Positions 20,830 through 26,493 of a stretch of 26,493 bases of DNA are shown piece by piece. The position numbers and the translations under genes were made by a program. The stretch is from the NCBI GenBank assembly GCA_002269645.1, contig NIVC01005090.1, forward strand, positions 1 to 26,493, given 5' to 3'. How positions within the stretch are numbered: position 1 is the stretch's first letter; each line of letters begins with the position of its first letter. Source of the DNA: Macrostomum lignano. Its lineage: Eukaryota. Below the pieces are notes generated by a model. The model searched no databases. It was given only the letters and a program-made list of their open reading frames with translations, and was not told the DNA's origin.

Positions 20830-21245
20830 CAGTCCACTTTATCTCATATTTGCGATGGTGCAAGAATTAGTACCTTGTAGAAGGTAACTGCAAGAAACAA
20901 ACAGCATGGGTTAGAAATTTAGCGCACTGTAAGTACGCAATTATAGTGTAATACACTGCAAAATGTACGCAGAAATGGCCCGCCTCCTCGGGTCCATGAG
21001 CACACAAAACTGAACTTCTCTTTCTGTTGAACAGTACGAGCGTAGACCGACTGCAGGTACAGATGAAACTTTCTCACCTTTTAAGAAAGGATAATTTTTT
21101 CGTATAGTGAATTTGCATGCACTCTGCCTCTTAGCTGAGCCACAATAAGTGAAGTTGTCTAGATTCCTAGAACCTCCTTCCCTAACAGGTGCATGAATCT
21201 ACTGTCAGATAAGATTTTCTGACATATTTTTCTCTAAAACTTCAA
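20830..21245. promoter_or_regulatory. Putative bidirectional promoter / spliced 5' UTR region of the divergent gene pair
   Basis: Minus strand: small exon 20887-20830 (TTGTTTCTTGCAG acceptor, GTAAGT donor) and an acceptor 1 nt before ATG 20161. Plus strand: donor CAG|GTACAG at 21057 and acceptor CCCTAACAG at 21188. No start site can be located directly. Confidence 0.35.
21035..21044. mobile_element. Probable mariner excision footprint TACGAGCGTA
   Basis: Exact match to the recurring 10-mer, non-coding. Confidence 0.6.
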
Positions 21246-24200
21246 ATGAACGACGACAGGCACGACTTAAAGCACCATTTTCGCTTTCTAGTCAAAAACA
21301 AAAGATCCACAAGGCAGAATGGAAGCCTGGAAAGTGTGCTCGTCTTTGATTTGGAAGGACCTCCTTCTTTTTCGTCCAGTAGATGGACAGAAGCGAGCAA
21401 GAAGCAAAAGACAAACCACGCGGAAGTCGAAAAATGGTTTGTCAAGTTTAGGAGGAGCCATGAGGAGGTAAGACCACTTTTGAAGAGATTTTGATTTACA
21501 TCATTTTCAAATTCAAGGTGCCGCCTGTACTTTAGGTCAAAAGCTCACTGTAATCAGCAAGCTCACTAGATGCAGAACAATAATTTTAGTCAATTATTTT
21601 TCTGAAATCTATAGCACACATACATACAGACAACTCATTTTTTGTATATAGGATCCTGTGATGCCAGTCGGCTTATTCATACCTTTCCTTAAAGCTTGAG
21701 GCTAGAGGCTAGCTAGCCTAGATGCATAAGGCTTGTATTGTACGAGCGTACTTTACTCTCTCGTGTTGCACTGGCGCAATTGGTGGTGGTTCGCGTTGCA
21801 AATCGTCCTGAACAAGTGCAAGCAGTGTATAGCAGGCTCCTAGCTGCAGGCCGGTCCAAGGACAGCGGGGGAGGCAAGAGTCGCTCATTCCTCATCTTAT
21901 TAATGAAAAAACGAATTATCTTCCATTTTTTCTCCATTAAGGTTCCAAGTGAATTTTCAAACAAAACTACTGAGGAACAGTTAGGTGCGACTCAAGTGCA
22001 ATACGGTGGCCAGACATGCTTTTTGGTCTATTGTCTACACACGTCATTCCTCTCTTCCCGGGAAATAGGAGTTTATGCGCCATTTTTTAGTTCTCGGCTC
22101 ACGGTGCGCCGTTGCAAATGAAGAGTCCTTAGCTATCCATACTAGAAAGTATCTGTACCAAGAATATGTTTTCGTTCCCTGCCATCTTCCACCTTCACCA
22201 AAATAGACATGAGATCGCGCTAGATGGCTTGAGTAACCAAATACTGAGATGCGATTCTATCATTCTCAAACCGCTGTGAGCGGACAATAAGTTAGTTTGG
22301 GACTACTTCGAACAGTGAGCAGTTTTCTCTTTGCTTGCGATTCTCCTGATCGCCCTGTGTGCTGCAATTCCGCCGAGCGTTTCAACTTGCATTGTTTTAT
22401 AGAACGGGCGCTCTATAGCTCCCAGTATATGATAAGATGACGCGGTTGTGTTCAATCAAAATTCGTCAATGCAGACCTTGAGTTCTTTGTGTTTTTTACT
22501 CCCCATACCCACTCGCTCCAGATCAGATCTACACGTGGGATGTAGAAGAAGGGTGTTTGATTTGCGTTTTAGTTTGTAAACAGTGAGTTCGTGCTGCATT
22601 TAACCGTCTCTCTATACCCTTGTAGATTAATGTGTAGTGCGTATGCTGTGTCATCTCAATTCAGAATCGTCCTATTTCCTTTGCTACTCCTTTCAGAGGA
22701 AGGAACAATGGAGCTGCAATGTCGAAGTAAATAAAAAAAGAAGAGAAGTGTCTTTGGCAGTATTAGGCATGACAATCTCGGATAATATCAAAATTAGTTC
22801 GACAAAGATCACGGTGGCCGACTGCAAGCAGGAATTTAACCGATTGGTCTTGGAGTCCACAAAGGGAATTAATATCTCATCTAGATGCATGCGAGGGTCC
22901 AAAATAAAACTTCTTTCTTCAGAAGTTGTGGTGGCAGAAAGCTCAGTTGTTCAGTGCTCGCAGTTGCTATGCGAATCAACGATCCGGGAGGTGTCATCCA
23001 GCCTGATTGTGTTTGGCAGCATCTTGCCGCTTCCCTGTTCAACTGAGGAAGCTGATGGCAGCCTTTCCATTCGAGTTAATGGAAATATTGTAGTAAAAAT
23101 GGATGCAAAAATCGGATATTCGGACCGGCATAAAAAGGCCAAAGAAGTAAGTTTGATCAGTACTGATGGCATAACAAATGTTGGAGTCGTATTTGCTGAA
23201 CACAAGATAGAAATCTCGGCAAAGCAGATTCGCTCTCCAGTATCGAGCAAGGAGTCTGCAGCTCGTGTGTCAAGATACCTCAGTGACGCTGGCAAGCAAA
23301 GCAAGGCTGAAAGGAAAGCGAGAGACGCCGACAAGCAACTGATCGATTCGTCCACAGGTGATTCTGCAGCAGTGAAAAAGCTGCTATTTTCTGGGGCTGA
23401 TCCTACATTCAAAGACAAAAAAGGTGAAAGCGCCATTGCGAAGCTCAGAAAGGCGATTGCTGATCTGGGAACTGCGCCGAATCCACCGGGTGTCGCTGAA
23501 AAGAATAAACTCAATAGGAACGCGATACTCCTGAAGTGGGAGGCAAAAAGTAAGGGAAAATACCAGTCACAGAGTATCTGCTGTCTTGTTAGTGAGGATG
23601 TTGCCAACCTCAGCCAGTTTCTGGGTGCAAAAGTTCATCTTGAAATTGGTGGGGATGCGTTTGTCGAAGAAAGGTCTGTATGGAAAAGTGGGTCAATCAG
23701 CGGTTGGTGCCGCGGTAGGCTCAATGTCCAAGGAGAAGTCAAGATAGAAGAGCTGAATAAATTCGAGGTTGGAAAATGCAGAGTCCAAGCAGGGGCAGAA
23801 TTGTGGTTAGTGAATGGCGGTTCATTAAGAGTAGTAGGTAGTCTTGAAAACATTGGATGCATATACAACAGCTTCAAGAAGTTCTCAATGGATATTGAAA
23901 GTTTCTCACAGAGTATAAATGCGGCTGCTTATTCTGAGAAGGAGAACAAAGCTGAGCTTCAAATTACCACAAGGAGACCAAGTGAGTCCGTGTTTGGCAG
24001 GCTGGGTGGCTACCGAGTCACTGTCTGCGCATTTGCTCAGCTTGCGCTTCAGGCTGAAGTTGAGGCCATGGAGTCTTTGGTAGGTGTCATTTATAGTCCA
24101 GCTGGTCATATTTCGCTGCAAGGAAGTATTAAAATAATTGAAGGACCACTTGTTGTACATTCCTGGCTTCGAACCTGTGGCTTTGGACCTGACGTAGAGT

Positions 24201-26481
24201 TAAACTGCAGCATGGAGTGCGCGGGCATTGTCATTCCTGCTGCAACAGTGAACTTTGGTCCTAAGAGCCAGTTGCTGTGTCCTCCACAGTGTAGTCAAGA
24301 ATATTGCGCGAATAGCATCGAAATCGTGTTAAACAAAGCTCAAACACAAAGCGGATCAGTATGGGAGTTTTTTACTCGCGAATTGAGCATCTTCATCGGG
24401 ACTAAATTCACTCACCAAGGCAGCCTGAAGCTTTGCAAGAAAGGTGAAACAGGTCGTGAGACAAGAGAAGAGCATGGAGCGTCTGTATACATAAGGGGAA
24501 ACCGATTTGTTAACAAAGGAATGATAAGTGGAATGAAGGCCTTATGCATTGATTTAGACAGTGATTGTGAGCTAGACAGAAACCTTGAAGTACATGACTC
24601 CATTTCAGTTTTGACAAGAAAGCATCTTACAATATCGTCGAATACTAAATTGAAGTCCGCTAACGGAAGCTTGGTGATCAGTGCACATTTCATAGCTAAT
24701 TTTGGTGCTGTTCACAGCCACACGGATTTAATCATCGAGTCCGGAGACATTGATAATTCAGCTGGGAGCATTGCATCAGACCATGGAATCGTCTTTATTG
24801 CCTGGTTAGGGCCACAGGAAAGCTGCTACCTCGAGGGCCATGTACAAGCTGGTTCGCAGCTCGTGCACAGCAGTAAATTCTAATATGCTGCATATCCACG
24901 CCAAATCTCACAGCCAGCCATTGCAACTGCAAATTCCAATGAACGGCGCCAGCTTCCAATGCTTGTCAGGGTCCGTAGCACTTCATTCAAAAGTGTGCTC
25001 GCCTGAGCAAACTTTTCTTCACTTAAGAGCTTCTGAATCAATTGAACTGCAGCGAAGCGTCACTTGCGACACACTCCTCGTTCAGCCGTCCCCGTCTGCT
25101 TCGGAGATAAAGCTGACTGTGTCGAAACTGGAGAAAATAACGGTGGGCTGTTTGTTAATCAGCCACGTAAACGACCGGCAGAACCGAAATGCTAAAGCAA
25201 TTGTAATTGAAGGTCAGCAAGGGTCAAAATTAAAATGCAACAAATTTATGGGGTCTGAAATCAGTCTTGAGCTGAAAATGGCCGCTGAAATGGATATGCC
25301 AAGCCAGATTATGGTGCAGAAGCTGTCGATTTCACAGGACTTGACCGTTCAAAGCCAGCAAAGCGTGTGCGGAGAATTTCTGGTAAACTGTGAGACTGAA
25401 CTGGAGATTAGTGGCAATGCGGAGTTCGTTGGGGCAAGCAGCTGCCTTGTGAGAGCTCGTAGACTTTTACTCTGTGATGCGGCCGTTCTTCGCCTCTTGC
25501 GTCTGAGACACGTGACAATTCTGGCAAAGGAAGTCGTGACTGAAGGCAGTTTTTTTCGCTTCTTTGGAAGATGAAGACCGTGCCGCGATAGTGGTACACG
25601 CGGATGAATTTTATTGTCGTGGATTGATTCAGTTCGGAGGTGAAAGCTCGACAAATCTCATTTTGCATGTCAACGAATGCACAATAAGCGGTCGCATCGT
25701 TCACGGCAATCAGCCATCGCTGATGCTGATCGAATTCTTCAAAACTGCCACGGTTCTGCCGGAGAGCGAAATTGATTTAGGGAAACTTCTGCTAATTGGG
25801 GGATGCGAAGGTACATGCAATTTTAAGTCTGCAACCCTTTCAGTGTCTGAGTTAATGGCTATAAAATCTGTGCGCCGGTTGTCCTGGGAGACCAGCAAAG
25901 TCAAGCTGAACCAGGCACGCTTCATTGTAAAAAACGTTGAGCAGGTCGCTCTTAAAAAAACTGAAATCATTTGCCCTCAGGGCGTTGTACTCGACGAATC
26001 GCTAGTGGGAAGCTATGAAGTGAGCACTGCTAAAGTAAAAATCTGTGCTCAGGAGTTCACCCTGGAAACTGGTTCCGAGATTCGCAACATTGATACACTT
26101 GAAATTCACGCCTGGAAAAACGCCAGTTTTGAACTAGGCAGCAAAGTACAATTTTGCGGTAACTTTAATCTAAGAAGCAGATTCATTTACTTTCAGGCGT
26201 CCGTACACGATACGGGTGGCATTGATTGTCAAGCGGAAAGTATTGTTGTGACCGGGAGGGTGGATTGCTTTAGATCGCTGTCCGTTGCTGCATCTCAGCT
26301 GCTGCACAATCAGGGAACGTTGAGTGCAAAAGATGTCAGACTCGATGCTACCGCTCAGATGCACATGTGCTCGAGCAGCGAGGATTCAGTTCTACCAGCG
26401 ATAATTTCAGCAAAAAGCTCATTGCAGCTGAACTGCTACATCATGTTGTCTATATATGCCGAATACACAGCCCCACAATAG
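21246..26481 (+). CDS. Filamentous-haemagglutinin/CdiA-like beta-helix repeat protein with an ankyrin-like insert. Exons 21246-21467 and 22697-26481, two frameshifts, ~1334 aa, may continue beyond the window
   Basis: Phase-0 donor GAG|GTAAGA (21468) matches phase-0 acceptor CCTTTCAG|AGG (22696). Repeated motifs: ITNVGVVFAEHKIEISAKQI, FVNKGMISG, IANFGAVHSHTDLIIESGDIDNSAGSIAS, LHNQGTLSAKDVRLDA. Ankyrin-like DSAAVKKLLFSGADPTFKDKKGESAI. Frames join at the AAA near 24874-76 and the T7 at 25550-56. Confidence 0.7.
21741..21750. mobile_element. Probable mariner excision footprint TACGAGCGTA (intronic)
   Basis: Exact match to the recurring 10-mer, inside predicted intron 21468-22696. Confidence 0.6.
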
Positions 26482-26493
26482 CAGTCAAGAACA

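Noticed and set aside
13401-26364. Numerous short antisense or overlapping ORFs in the track
   Set aside because: Shadows of the two long genes with no independent motifs.
12694-26493. Bacterial contamination or a canonical secA operon
   Set aside because: Consensus splice sites, a phase-matched intron, a myristoylation motif, mariner footprints shared with the rest of the window, and a non-canonical domain architecture. A chimeric assembly should still be excluded with spanning reads.

Overview
Repeat-rich eukaryotic (animal-like) genomic DNA with GT-AG introns. The dense minisatellites and Gln-rich genes recall macrostomid flatworms, but the organism cannot be proven from sequence alone. 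No rRNA, tRNA or CRISPR array was recognised. The left half holds an (EENDTQ)n exon, a decayed Ty3/gypsy pol remnant, a spliced minus-strand gene model with WG repeats whose introns are filled by different minisatellites, a 1.1-kb TTAGGG-like satellite with 250-bp higher-order periodicity, a Gln-rich single-exon gene and a deleted irritans-type mariner. The right half holds two very large, almost intronless genes in head-to-head orientation. One is a ~2490-aa SecA-like DEAD ATPase (minus strand, 20161-12694), rebuilt across five single-base homopolymer frameshifts. The other is a protein of about 1330 aa or more with filamentous-haemagglutinin/CdiA-like beta-helix repeats and an ankyrin-like insert (plus strand, from 21246). 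The window also carries a set of TA-CGAG(CT)CG-TA motifs that look like excision footprints of a mariner with CGAG termini.
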